64,000 nt of DNA from Tricharina praecox (lineage: Eukaryota), in contig NW_026250409.1 in assembly GCF_024521635.1 (NCBI RefSeq), positions 744,001-808,000 on the forward strand, given 5' to 3'. A program made the translations under genes and the position numbers. The notes below the pieces were generated by a model that searched no databases, had not been told where the DNA came from, and worked only from the letters and a program-made list of their open reading frames with translations. Below, piece after piece: positions 37,001 to 50,717 of the stretch (positions are counted from its first letter, which is position 1; each line of letters begins with the position of its first letter).

Positions 37001-40000
37001 CCAGAACTATGAAGGAGGTGAATTGGTGCAATGTACGGAGATCATTGCTCGTTTCCACATCCTGGCGCTTTACAAGATGATTGGCCATCCAGACCATGCA
37101 GAGTTTATGGAGTGCGAGCAACTGGACAAATGCTTGACGACCCTCGGCTTTCTATACAGGGACGGGAAGAAGAAGGGTAAGGTGTTCCCCAACGAATCCG
37201 AATTTCGAGCCTACATGATCCTACGACACTTGCGGGATCTCTATGTTGAGCAGCAACTCGCTTTGAGGGAATGGCCCGAAGAAGTATGGCAATCGAGCCA
37301 GGTCAAGCATGCTTTGAGAATATACACTACGGTGCAACGATACGACCGACCGGCTGAAGATGGACTCCATGCGCAACATTACGTGAACACGTTTTTCGAA
37401 CTCGTTAAAGCCTCCGAGACGGACCTTTTCACGGGATGTTTGGTGCAGATTTGCTTCGCGGAAGTTCGGAAATACGCCCTGAAGATCATGACGGAGAACT
37501 ACATGAAGACTTCGAAGATGACTACCGTTCAGTTCATCAAAGACTGTTTACATTACGAGACTGTCGAACAAGTTGTGGAAGATCTTCAACACTATGGCTT
37601 GACGGTGGCTGAACACACGGTTGATGGAGTTTCATACTTGCACCTTATCACTGGAAAGAATTTATTCAATGGTGGGCAACATAATCGTGATGTACCCCAG
37701 AGTTGTGGCTTACTTTTTGCAGGAGAAAATAATCCGACACGTACTCGAGCCCATCCTACGCTAATGCAACCCAAGGAGGCTGCCATTGGAGGATCTGGAA
37801 AGTCTCTATCCGATTTGATTTGGGGCCCTGGGCAACAGATTTACCATCGCGACAATATCGAGTCACCCTTCCTACAGGAGCCTAGTTATGCTTTGGATCG
37901 CAACCCCGTCAACGAGAGGAACATTCCTTCACGTGCAGCCGACTTCTTCAACTTCCCAGAGGCTGGTATGGGTGAATCTAACGATGACGAAAAAGAGGAC
38001 CAGGAGACGCCGGTGACACCAATATCTACGCCTTCGTTCGTGGCAAAGCCAGCTCCTGCCTTAGCACCAGTACCAGCACCGGCACCTACACCAGCACCTA
38101 CATTTGCTAAGCAGAATGCTCCTAATCCTTTCACAAATAATCCCTTCACAAGTGCCTCCGCCACTATTTTCGCAAGTAATCCATTTGCAGCTCCTATGAA
38201 CAAGCCGCACGAGACCACGCCCGCTGGGACCAAGCCTGAGAGCAAGCCTGAGAGCAAGCCCGAGAGCAAGCCCGAGAGCAAGCCCGAGAGCAAGCCTGAG
38301 AGCAATCCTGTTTCTCAATTCGATGACAAGCCTCTTGAGAGAAAGGCCTTTGGATATCCCTTTACGAATGCGCTTCCACTTCCTGAGGCTAAACTTCCCG
38401 AGACCAAAACTTTCTCTTTCACACCTTCGGTTCTTGGCAATACGCCTGCTGGCAAGCTTCCCGACTTCAAGCCCACCGAGAGCAAGCCATTTTCTTTCGC
38501 TCCTTCAGTTCTCGATAGCCATGCCAAGAGCAGCATCCCCGACTTCAAGGCATTGGTGAACCAGCCGTTCTCACGATTTGGGAGCGAGTCAGTAGGGCCC
38601 AGTCCAACGTCTAAACTACCCAGTGGCGATGATGTCGGAACGGTATCCCCAGTGAGCGAGGCGCTGTGGTCAAGCTCTGCTGCCCAGACACAGCCAGAAT
38701 CGCCACCAAAGTTGGACGTGCCGCGTTCGCTGTTCGACAGGATCACCATACCTGCTCAGGCACCGGTATTCCCACCCCCCCAGCTTGGATTGGTCCATGA
38801 ACCATCAGCTGCGGTGGATCCTCTTCCGCCAGTTGTGTGTGAGCCTCTTCCCATGGAAGATCCCACACCAACTGCAGAGATGGTGGCGAAGGCGGAGTCC
38901 TTCAACAGGCGTCGCGTCGTTGTTCCTGTCTTCTACGACTACTTGGAGAAGGCAAAGCGTAGGCTGCGCCGAACCGAGCGGAGGCAGCGTAAGGAGCGGG
39001 AACAGCATCGCGCGACGTTTGCGAAGGACCCGCAGTGGTGGCCCATTGCCAAGGGAAGCGAGTGGTACCACGAATCTGTATGTATCCCCATGACTATCTA
39101 GTTTAATATTGGCTAACCTCCTTTTAGGTACAGCAGATTCGTGAGCAGGTGTTCAAACCTGCGGAACTCGAAGTTTCGATTCCAGGAATCGTTCACCTGG
39201 CCCTCGAGAAATCGGGTGTATCCCGCGCCACGTACCGTATGTTGATTCACAACAACGACTTGTACGGGGCGGGAGGCCAGAGCGAATTCTGGTTTCACCA
39301 GAAGTTCCTGGGCGCAAAGGATGAAGTTGTCATCCCCAGCAGGAACGGACTGGGTAACAAATTTGTTGCCCAGTCCGTCGTCTACGAGGAACAGGCACCA
39401 GATGTCGGTTTCCTGCTGTTCGGATGTTCAGCAGACTTTGCGACCTCGAGCGAGGAGCGCTTCGCCCGTGACCGCGAGAATCTCCACAGTATTGTGGACC
39501 ATCTCACGATGGTCTCTAACTTGGAGAAACTCGCGGTCATGGTGATCTGTTACCGCTCGCCCATCGACGACGAGCCAGCTAATCCTACGGGATTGGACGA
39601 GCGTACGCTGGGAGCGGAACGCAGGAGGAGGGTGGAGCTGGTAAGTCTTCTACACACATCCTTATTTGACTATTGCTGACATACGAACAGGTAAAGGGCG
39701 CCCTTGGCTTCTCTCGTTTTGGGGAGAAGGTTGTCGGGAGGCAAGTGGCAATGGTCGAGACCCTTCTCGACCTTGACCTTGCGCATGGAGTGCGTAGTTT
39801 CGCTCAGGATTTTATCCTGGAGACTGTGCACTCCTGCAACTCTCCGAGCAGCTCTCCTGGCGAAGAGACCAAGAAGCGCAGGAGGCAGGAGGTCCCCGCC
39901 CCGGAGACTCCCCTGGCTGGACGTATGTCACAAGAGAAGCGGAGACGCATTACTCCTCCGGCAACTCCAGCCGCTCCGCGGGCGAGGGACCCCGCTCCTC

Positions 40001-40305
40001 TCCACCCTTCCCCCCAGTCCTCCGCCAGACGCAGTCGAGGCGAGGACACCCCGATGGGGCGCTATCGCCGCAAGAGGGAAGAGGAGGCTGAGCGGGATTC
40101 CGCACATATGAGGACTAAGGGGATCCTCAATATGTGCGGTTTCAAGGTGGTGGTGAGCTCGCGGACTGCTCCGCCGTCCACCACCGAGAAGCCCGCTCCG
40201 CCTCCTCTTCCGTCCGTGGACACCTCGAAAGTCCGCAAGGGCCTCGAGGACCTCGAGCGGTCGATGGCCGAGTACCGCCAGTTTATGGCCGAGAACACTC
40301 TTTAG
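34053..40305 (+). CDS. SAC3: Sac3/GANP-family mRNA export (TREX-2) scaffold with long repetitive N-terminus
   Basis: AITFVGTCTEMCPRFE, VKSFHRPAAG..PLPQDVR, RDRTRSIRQDFTFQ, ARFHI, ESEFRAY. Introns 37672-37722, 39078-39127, 39641-39690. Start ATG at 34053 inferred, directly after an acceptor at 34051. Confidence 0.85.
38235..38303 (+). repeat. 12-bp coding repeat encoding (PESK)x~6 within SAC3
   Basis: (CCYGAGAGCAAG)n read directly. Confidence 0.9.
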
Positions 40306-41794
40306 AGTGTGATGATCGGTCACTAACTGTGCCGTGTACTCACATCGGGTGGGGTTTTTGGCTTTCTTCTTTTTCTTCTTTTTTTCCGTTTTTTTCCTTT
40401 TCTTAATTTGATTGTTTCTTTTCTTGACTTTTTTTTTACGTGATTCAAAATTCGTTGGTCTTTCTGACTTTTCGGAGTTCTCTTTCTGCTGTTCTTTTTC
40501 CCTTTTTATTAGGGGGATGTAGGCTGGAGGCTGACGGGGGTTTTTTTCTTTCCGTTTTTGTTTCTGTTTTCAGCGTGTTGGGCATCGTTTTTTTTGTATC
40601 ATATATTCTCACCCACTACCATCGCCAGAACCCGCCGGAGACTGTATATGGAGCTGCAAATTGTATATGTATTGGTGGCGGATTGAGGGGGTGGTAGTTG
40701 GAAGGGAGGGAAATGGCGTTTACAACCAGTGTTTACATGTTAATACCCAGGTTTTCTTTTGATGGGGGGATACATTTTGATACATTTTGGAGGGAGGGGG
40801 CATATGAGTGAGTGATAAGTAATGAATGATGATTGCCGCGGGTGTGGAAGTACATAATACAAACAAGCGTTTTTCAAATCGGCTTTGCTTGTGCGAGTGA
40901 AGAGCCAATTAACCTAGGTACTAAGTATCTAGGCTTCACGCGTAGCACTGCCTGTTATTCGATGTCTGCGGGGCGTCCGTGTTGAGAATATGAGTGTGAT
41001 GTTTCAGTTGCTTGATTCATTCGCAAAAATACAGCGGAACCAGACAGAAGCAAGTATGAGAATACATAAGCAGGATTCTCGAGGCGCACTCGAGGCGTGC
41101 AAATATTACCAATATGATACCTATGACATGTGCAATATCTTGGACGAGTGACGACGGTGGCTCTTCAACGAGAATCGCAACAGTCCGTGCCGTGGTGGAA
41201 GTTGCAGACACCTATCACCAGAGAAAGGAAATGGTTTCTGCTTCTGCTTCTGCTTCTGCTTCATCTTCCCCTGATTTTGATTCGACATACTTTGTAACCT
41301 ATATCCACAGCCTATCCCATCCATCCATCCATCCATCCATCTATCCATCAAGCCATCCATCAAGCCATATCATATCCATCCAGTTCATCAAAACCTCGTT
41401 TTTCAAGGAGCAGATCAAAAAAAAACATTCGTCTTCAGTCAGTCATAAACAGCGCTTCGCTCACACATGCATCAGTAAGAGTAAGAGAAGAGAAAAGAAA
41501 TAAAACACTCCCATACACAAACATCATCCTCGTTGCCTTAGCTTGGTATATATAACCCACTCCATGTCCTAAACGTATGGGAGATATCATCAGAAGAAAG
41601 AGAAGATTCGCCACACCTTCGCCCTCCTGCCGTCCTCCGCTCAAAACAAAATCAAGCCATAAAAATCAAACACATGAAACGGAAACTCCCCCAAGAATGA
41701 TACGCCCCCACAACAGCCACAAAGAATTCTATAAATAGTCGATCAACACATTGCACACAGTCCCACCACTCCTCCTCCTTCCATCTCATTCCAC

Positions 41795-44715
41795 CTAATC
41801 ATTGTTCTGATTATTCCCCACCAGCGGCATCATAAACGGACTCGTCAGGAGCGCCTCAGCGGTCGGCCGCTTGTTGTGATCCAACTCGAATGTTTGTGCA
41901 AGGAACGTTTTCGCCTCGGCCGTACATTTCTGCGGGATGGCGGGTGCGGATCCACCGGTTCCGATCTTGAATATTGCCTGAAGTTGCGAGCAGTCGGGGT
42001 ACGGGTGGGAGCCCGTGAGCATCTCAACAATCAGACATCCGAGGGACCAGATATCGGCTTTGAGCGTGTACGATGTTTGCTTCACTACCTCCGGCGCCAT
42101 CCAGAATACCGAGCCCTGGAGAGAAGGTCGGTGGTGGGCCGCTGAGGAGTTCAAGAGACCGGCTTCGACCTTTTTGGAGATACCAAAATCGCTAATTTTG
42201 ATCCCACCTTTGTTGTCGACCAGTACGTTGGCGCCCTTGATGTCCCTGTGGATGATATTCTTGCCATGGAGATATGCGAGGCCTTGCAGAATTTGGCGGA
42301 CAAAGTTTCGAACCAAGGGCTCCTTGAGGGGACCGTAGTTGTTAAGCATCGCAGCAACCGAGCCACCGGGCACATACTCGAGGAAAATATTAAAGCAGTT
42401 GTCTTCCTTGCTCGACGAGAGGTATTGCACGATGTTCGGGTGTTGAAGATCCTTGAGAAGAGCAATCTCTCTTGCAAGGGCGTCGATCATGCTTTGTTTC
42501 CGAGCGTCGTCTTTGGTACTTGTCGGCATTTCGACCTGTTTTACCGCCATCAACTCTCCAGTGAGGGAGTTGAGCGCAAGGAAAACGCTTCCGAAAGAAC
42601 CTGCACCGATCAAAGTTCCCTTCATCCACCGCAACCCTTCCATATTGTCGTCCATATAATCGTCCTCGTCATCCTCCTCTTCCGAGTCGTCGGCGCCAAG
42701 CAACTGGTTGAGATAACTCGGTCCTGTGCCATGTTCGGTGGTCGGGGTGCTGACCATGCTCTGATTATCCATCGAGTAGTTGGCGTCTATTGTAGACTCA
42801 TCATCGGTATCCGTAACCACAACACTGACGGCGCGGCCATCATGGCTATCAAACGACATGTAACTACTCCTGTCAGGCGAAACATCGTTCTCTGGAACAG
42901 CACCCAGATACTCATTGCTACCAAAAGTGGTGGGCATGAGAACAGACCGCCGAACGGAAGGTGGTCGCGCTTGCATAGGGAAGGACGGGAACATGGTGGA
43001 CTGCTGTTGGTTTTGGTTGAGCCACATACCACCCACGGTTGGCACCGGAGGTATGTTATCCCCACTCATACTAGATGCGTAACTTCTTGTCGTTGCTACA
43101 CTCAGGCGGCTGTTGTACCTACTCATGCGTGCTGACCGCCGCATCGAGTTACGGACAGTCCGTTCCAGTGCCTTGTGTTCGTGATCCGGAAAGTATTCGG
43201 CCAGGTTGGAACTGATCAGCTCACTCGGAGGCCTTTGGCCAAAGAACGCCGTAATCTTTTTCGATGTCGCCTTACGGCCCAGAGTCGAATCCCTACTCCG
43301 GGGGGACGATGGCGAGGCCATGTGCTCTCCGGTCAGGCTTTGCACCTTTGCCCTACTAGCGTTCCCTTCCAGAGCTCTTGAGGTAGCATCATTAGGAGTT
43401 TCATCGCGGGCCATCTGAAGGGCCGCCATGAATTCTGCCGACGAAGGCGAAGGAGGCGATCCCCGCCTCTTCAAGATCAGTCGAGAACGTTCCGGCCGAT
43501 CGCTGTCGTGAGCTATCCGTAATAGATCTGCATCTCCTAGACATCGGATGTTTTCCCGGCCGTTGTGGTCCTTGGTGATGATGTAGATTGCCCAGAGTAT
43601 GAAGTTGTCCATGATACTATACTTCTTAAGTATTCTTCGCATCACCGCTTCAGGTGTGTTGCATCCGTTTATGTCTACCACGCGAGTAGCACCTCCTTCG
43701 CCAATTACTTTGATGCAATTCTGAGGTAATGTTAGAATATATCGTAGCGATTCAAGACAGCCGAGGTCTTACCTTTCTGACAGAATCAAACTCCATGATA
43801 CTCTTGCCCTGGCCCTGATCGTGGCGCCGAGTGTTATTTGGTGACCCACTCGGCGGATTCGTTCCCTTCCATGCTTGTGGTGTTCTGGGTGTCTTCGAAC
43901 CGTACGAGTTACCGGACCGAGGGCCATCCGGTGGTGGGCTGATTATTCTCGGTGCACCTGACCGCCGCGCCGAAGTATAATCGTTTTCTGTGGGGCTCTC
44001 GGTGTACACAGTACTCGAAAGTGCTGATGCTCCGAGGTCGGCGAACTGCCTCGAATAACGCTTGTTCTGTGGAGGCGAAATGTGCGTCCGGTAGGATGGG
44101 ACAGGACCGACATTGTCGAGAGCAGCCAGAGTATCCTGAGACATTAGATAACCTTCACAGAGGTGGCGATGATTTGTGAAATACCCTATTTCGCTTCTTT
44201 CCGTTGTTGCCGAATGCTTTTGTCCTTAAAGCTTTGACTGCCACGAAAATCCGAACGCGATCTCCAACCTTGGTGATTCCCAGCTCCTTCAGCGCGGAAT
44301 GGTCGCATTCCAGTAATGTCTCGCCAGTGATGTTGTTTCCTGAACGGTTCGTCAACAATAGTTCTCTCCCACTCCCGAAGGCCAGAAGAAGAAAAGAAAA
44401 ACCCACTCTCGAAAACACTGTCGTACTTCTGGCATCCGATGCTCCTTAGCCAGTCCACCACTTTTCTCTCATCCCACGACCTGTGTTCCACCAGAGTCAG
44501 CAACTCCTTGGATCCCAAACCCTTTCTCCAAGTGGTAGCCCGTACCGTACGTCATCCGGTTGACCTTGACCTCCCTCCGAGAACTCGGAATTTGTTGGCG
44601 ACGGTTGGGAGTGTGGAGTAAACATTGCGGTTACTGGAATCGGATTCGATGGCTGAAAGTGCGAGCCAGCGTGAGGCTGCGGAAGATACTGACTCTTGGA
44701 TGCGAGAAGGGCCAT
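41795..44715 (-). CDS. STE11: MAP kinase kinase kinase Ste11 (SAM, Ras-association and kinase domains)
   Basis: SAM WDERKVVDWLRSIG..LKELGITKVGDRVRI; FFGQRPPSELISSNLAEYFP; kinase GAGSFGSV, MAVKQV, HRDIKGAN, DFG, SLQGSVFWMAPE. Confidence 0.95.
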
Positions 44716-47700
44716 GGCTGCTGTTGTTCCGAACGAAGTGAAACGGGGTGAAAGAAGAAGGGATCGGTCCACACTACTTCAATGAACCAGGAGGTCGCTG
44801 TCACCAGGGAAGTCGCTTGACGGTATGTGCAGCCCTTTGTGTGGTATGTAATAAAATATCTCGAGGGAACGAAGGTGGGATGTTCCTGCCGTAAACAACA
44901 GCGCCTGTCCCACAGTCTCTCCCTCTCTTTCTCTCTGTCTCTGATTCTCTCTCTCTGTCTCCCTCTAGCCCTTTCCCTTCTCTCTCTTTCCCTCTCTCGC
45001 TTTCCCCTGAGCCAGCAACCGAGCTAGCGTTCACGTCTGGGCTGGGGTGATGGCAGTTGGTATAGGGCGAAGTAGGCGAGATGTTTGAAGTTATTTGGAC
45101 GACGGACAGGCCGGGGAGCGAGCAACGACAAAGATAGGACGTCCGACAAGGTGGCTTCGCTACGGCAGTTCTTGTGTAGTGTAGTGTACAGATGGCGGAG
45201 GCGCAATGGGTTAAATTGCACCCTTCACGGGATCTTCGAATGATACGCCGGAGGAGGCTGCGAGAAAACCGGCGTCGCAGGTATAAGCGGTAAAGGCCAA
45301 TGAACGGCGGGCACGGGCGGAACACGGAGGCCAGCTGCGAAGCGAAAATAGAACTGAACGAGATGATTGAAGGATGTTGTTCTCACCACCGAGTTGCCGA
45401 CCGAGAAGAGAAAATGAGTTCCAGACTCGCTGGGGGTGGTGGTGGCGGAGGGGGAGGGGGAGGGGGAGGGGGGTGAATTATGGAGGTGGGAGGCGGGGGG
45501 GTGTGGTGATGATGATGGTGGAGGTGGGTGTGGTTGAAGTGAGAGGTAGAGTGTATGTTAGTAGTAGTACCCGATAAAAAAGGCGCTGAGAAGAGCAACA
45601 GCGGAACAGCGCAACGCTACTTGGACATGGTATTTTAGGTGGATTCTTGGTTACGACGCTACATACACTGTGACAAAGCCCTGGTCTGGCGCCCGGAGAA
45701 AAGAGAGAGAAGAGGGCGGGATGCAGAAAGAGGAGGCGGCGAGACAGTCAGTCGGAGGAGCGTGAGAGACAGATCGACAAACCACTGAGAAGAATGTCCG
45801 GAGGTCGTGGATGCTCCGATATCACGTGGATTTCTGCCCCCCCTCGCCCCAACTCCGAGGCTCAGGTTTTTTTGTGCTGCCAGAGAGCTGAGGTGGTGCT
45901 GATTTCCTGGCCGCAAAGTCCCACATACCACAGGGTTACAAGAGAAATACATCCCACTTACTTGCCTACCCACGGAAGGCCGCGAGGCAAGCCATAGTAC
46001 CAGTAGGGCAGGCCACAATCACCAGCCTTCTCTATGGATTGGAAATAGGGCAGAGCCTTCGGGGGAAATTACTGTAACACTTTGAAGGGCCATAATGTAT
46101 TCCTGGCGATTTTAGGGGATTTTTAGGGGATTTTTAGGGGATTTAAAAATTGACAGGACTTCCTTCGGGAAGCTGTTTTGTTGAAGCCTTGTCCGTTCGT
46201 TTCTTGTGGTTGTGGCCAATATGTAGCTTTCGCGGATTACTTGGTAATTCCATATTCGGAAGGACATCGTACATATGTACATAAGCGGTTACTGTCCTCG
46301 ACGGCCACGCCGTTCAGGCTTCTCGGCAAAAAAAGTACTTACTTAAGTAAGCAAGTCCTTAGTAGGAAGTACTTCCTTTGTACTCTATCTCCAACGCTAT
46401 CTGCGAATTGACTTGTCGAATCCATATGAAGTCGAAAGAAAGCACGACATTGCAAGCTCGCTCAAGATTTCCGGGATCGTCACGGCCCAAAAATCCTACG
46501 TCTACTCACTTTATGGGCACTCTATCGTCGGGGGAATTGACTCTATCGTCAGGGGAATCGATTATATACATCTAACTTTACCCTGAGCATCTTCAAACAA
46601 ATACATAAATACATACAACAAAGTGTGGGGGTTTGGCGGTCGAGTCTCGCGCTGCTTGCACGTTCCGGCAGCGAAAGTCACCAACAATCAATCAATTTCA
46701 AAGCTCAGAGAGGTATGTAGAAATGCTGTCCTTTCGAGAGGGGTTTTCTATCCCCGTTCCACTACTAGGCATGTACTCTAGGTGTGTACAGCACTGACCC
46801 CACACGAGATCACATCAGGGAAAGCTGCAAGACTCCGGGAAAGACCGACCCGACTGGACCGTCCGTTGATGATAACCCCTAGATAATCGTCCGGCGGGAA
46901 ATTCGGGAGGTAAAACTGCACTGCGGATCCAATCACCGCCTACTTATGAAGCCTTGGTGGTAATTCCTTTGGACCAATGGAATTCTCCGTGAGACGGAGA
47001 CCCAAATTCGTGACTTTCGGTATGGCTGAGGATCTCCAATCGGGACATCAAACCCAAACTTTACTCACCCACATAATGGCCAAAAAAAGACACGGATAAC
47101 GGGACAAGAGGCTGATACGGTACCCAAGTATCTGAAGTCAAAAGTCTAGAAATGAGTGGCTTTTCTCCTGGCCATAGTCATCGAGTAGTAACTTCTTGAC
47201 AGATACCTCGTTACCCAGCCCAAATGCCAAGTTTGAGATGCCTATCAGCAAGTATGCGCCGGAAGATGGCGTTCCAAGTCATGACGATTGCCTTTGGAAG
47301 CTACGATGGTTCCCATGGGTGGTCCTTAAGGCCGTCCAAAGATTCCCCAAGTCAATGCCCCGATACCGGACTTGGGGCCGATCTTCGACATTATGGCCTG
47401 ATAGGTACCTACTCTACCAAGGAACCCTCCGCACAGTTTGGTGTCTATGCCCACGAAGCGAGGGCCATATTGAGGCCAGCTGAGGTCCCTGCAGAGTGAC
47501 ATGCACGACCAAAGTGCTGGGAGTGGGGCAAGAAAGACGTATCCCCAAACACAATGGCCGTTTACATGTCACATATATGATATAGGTATGTAGGCCATCT
47601 ATGCAGAGTATGACATACATACCTTGGGTCGACCATTCGATGCCAAGGGGATTGCGCCGGCGGCTGTTACGAGCGCGTTTGACGCACTGAAATACCAAGT

Positions 47701-48627
47701 ACCCCTCCTCCTCCTCCCAGTGCATGCGGGTTTTGCAGATCCCAATGGAATGACCGGCCGAGGGGCTGAATTCGGATGCTGGTATTCCCCGCCTATGTAC
47801 CTTCATACGTGATAGGGAGTTTGGTTTCCGTACCCACGTAGATAGAATACCGTAGTATGATAGCACTGTAGTTACCGTAGATGTCCCCGGTGTGGAGTTC
47901 GTTTGTATGATATGTAAACCAAGTCCATATGTAGCATGGCAAGCGGAAGTCAAGCGCACCCACTTTTGAGTCTGTGCACGCCACGCGAGTGGTGCGGCCT
48001 CGGGAACTACATATCCACGACTCCGGCCCGGGACTAAGGCACCTCTCCCCTAGGCGTTCACACCGGGAGCTGCCACACGATTCAACCGACCATGGAATAC
48101 GGTACCCACGAGTACAACTAGTACATACTTTGTACAGGCTCAATTGCAAGCTGAAGACGTGGATTCAGCGCTCCACCCGCCCATCAGTGGGGTCGCAGTA
48201 CTGCGCTACGTATTCCGCAGCCATGTCGCCGTGCTGCATTTCCGATAGGCCGTGACTCCCGGGCAGGACTGATGAGGTAGTTACGTACGTACGTACCGAC
48301 CTATGTACCATATCATATGTACGAGTACATGCTTCGTTCGCAGCACCAAGAAACTAATAAACTAGCGATATGTACCCGACAAATCAACCGGAACTCCTAT
48401 GTAGGCGTGCAGCAGTGAATGGCCAGATACAGGCTGCCATATACACTAGTGCTCCATCACAAGCACGTATGAGGCTGGAATATCGTGGGGAGTTCCTTCC
48501 CACGGTTCTTATAAAGAGTGGACAAGGTAGGTATCGACCCCCCCCATAAATTCGGTTTTCGGCTCTGAAACGCTAACTCTTGACTACCCTTTACAACTAC
48601 GGTACTCTTCAGCCTACTTACGAACCA

Positions 48628-50321
48628 ATGTCGGATATCGAAGTCGATCCTATGCTAGTATGTGGCGTCGTCGAGGTCTCGCTTCCCCTCATCGAAGACC
48701 ATATTGATTGATGTTTCGTGCAGGATGGAGGAGGGTCGGATTATGCTTCTTCAGGGTATGTATGATACTTGCATACTATGACAATAAACAACCCCCCACC
48801 CCCCATCGTTTGGGATCCGTCAGCGACGATAGGCATTAACTAACCGTCTTCTTCTTTTACAGCTTCGCCACAGACTCCACCTCATTGACGTCGAGCGTGA
48901 ACGAATATGTCTTCGAAAACGGCCGGCGTTACCATTCGTACTTCGGCGTCGACAAGAACCTGATGCCTACGGATGAGAAGGAGCAAGACCGGTATGGCAC
49001 CACAGCCACGTCACGCCCCCGATAGAGAGAACTAGGGAACTGAAGTGAGGTGTTTTGGATAGGATGGACATTGCCCACGAGATCATGCTCCGCTTGTTGG
49101 ATGGCGAGCTGCACGCGGCTCCTCTGCACGAGAAACCCCACCGTATTCTCGACGTCGGTACCGGTATGCATCCGAAACAGAAAATAAAATTCTGGCCGTC
49201 TCCGAATACACACGAATCAACCCCCCCCGCTAACATGGAATGCAGGGACCGGTATCTGGGCCATTGACATGGCCGACAAACATCCCGAGGCAGTAGTCAC
49301 GGGAATCGACCTCAGTCCTATCCAGCCCGGATGGTATGTATATGCCACGTTCCCCCAGCATGCACTTCGATACGGACACATACTGACTGAGCTGGGTTCT
49401 CCAGGGTTCCTCCCAACTGGTAAACAACCCTGCACAGTGCACAGCGCACACTCGCACCGATCAAATCTGACCACGTGTAGCAAATTCGAGGTGGATGATG
49501 CCGAGCTTCCCTGGACATTTAAACCCGTCAGTAACATGTGTGCTTTGTCATACCTACAGCCCGCTGACTTCGGAGCAGGACACCTTCGATCTCATCCACA
49601 TACGGAATCTGGACCAGGGAATCATCAACTCGAACTGGCCGAAAGTACTCGCAGAAGCCTACCGGTATGCATATCGTTCCTCTTCCGTCGATTACACCTT
49701 CCATAGCTAGTGCTGACCACCTGTGGAAACAGCTGTCTGAAACCAGGTGGATACATCGAGTTGTCCGAGATTGGAGGTAGGGATTCATGGATCCACCACC
49801 GATGTCACAGAGCAAGCAACTAACACAACCAACCGGACAGTGATCTTCCACTGCGACGATGGCACGATGAAGCCCGACAACCCCGCCTACCACTGGTCGG
49901 AGCTGTTGGAGAAAGCGATGGCCAAAGCGGGACGTCCCGCCATTTCCAAGGGCGTGCTCACCAGGCGATTATCGGATGCCGGATTCGACGACCTCCACCA
50001 GCACGACATGAAGCTTCCGTTCGGCCCGTGGGCCAAGGAGAAGCGGTTGAAGGAGCTGGGATGCATGGCGCTTCTCGGAGCCGATAGTGGTTTTGCCGCG
50101 TATGGCATGGCCGCGTTTACCAGAATCCTCGAGCTTCCCGAGGAGGATGCGCAGAAGATCTGTCGCGATGGCCTGGCTGCGGTAAAGAACAAGAATTACC
50201 ATCTATACGTACCGCAGTAAGTACCCCACGTTCCCCCACACCATTTATATCGGACGCATATACTGATTATTTTTTTTCCAATAGCTTTGTGGCGTATGGT
50301 CGCAAGCCGGAGGACAATTAG
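48628..50321 (+). CDS. LaeA-like class I SAM-dependent methyltransferase
   Basis: Many short exons: [79 protein letters not shown]. Confidence 0.9.
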
Positions 50322-50691
50322 GAGAAGCGAGGCAGGCGCTCAGAATGCTCTTTATGATTTTTTACGGCCCTTTTTTTGTATTGCACATGAGCTTGAGGAA
50401 TTCGAATGAACATCCATTCGGAGTCTGGAGAAACATAGGTCTCAGAATGTGAAAGAAAAAAAACGCTTTCACATATTTTGTCCGACGGATCCAAAAGTCA
50501 GACGAGCTGGCGCCGCCACCATCTCACCTCAGCTCGAGGCGATATCCCTATCCCCGATTCCCCATACCTGCGTAACTAGCGTCTTGCCCACGGCCATCCA
50601 TCCCACTACCTGTCAGGTCCAACATTCGTAGCCGACTTTTAGGCCATAGTAAAGTCATTTTAAGTGCGCTAGCGAAATCGATTTATTGGTG

Positions 50692-50717
50692 TTTTTTTTT
50701 TTTTTTTTTTTTTTTTT
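50692..50717. repeat. poly(T) tract (~26 nt)
   Basis: Direct reading. Confidence 0.9.

Noticed and set aside
46109..46144. Telomere-like (TTTTAGGGGAT)x3
   Set aside because: Only three 11-bp units, not a contiguous (TTAGGG)n; most likely local slippage.
50692..50717. Poly(A) tail of a retroposed element
   Set aside because: No target-site duplication or SINE/LINE body was recognisable.
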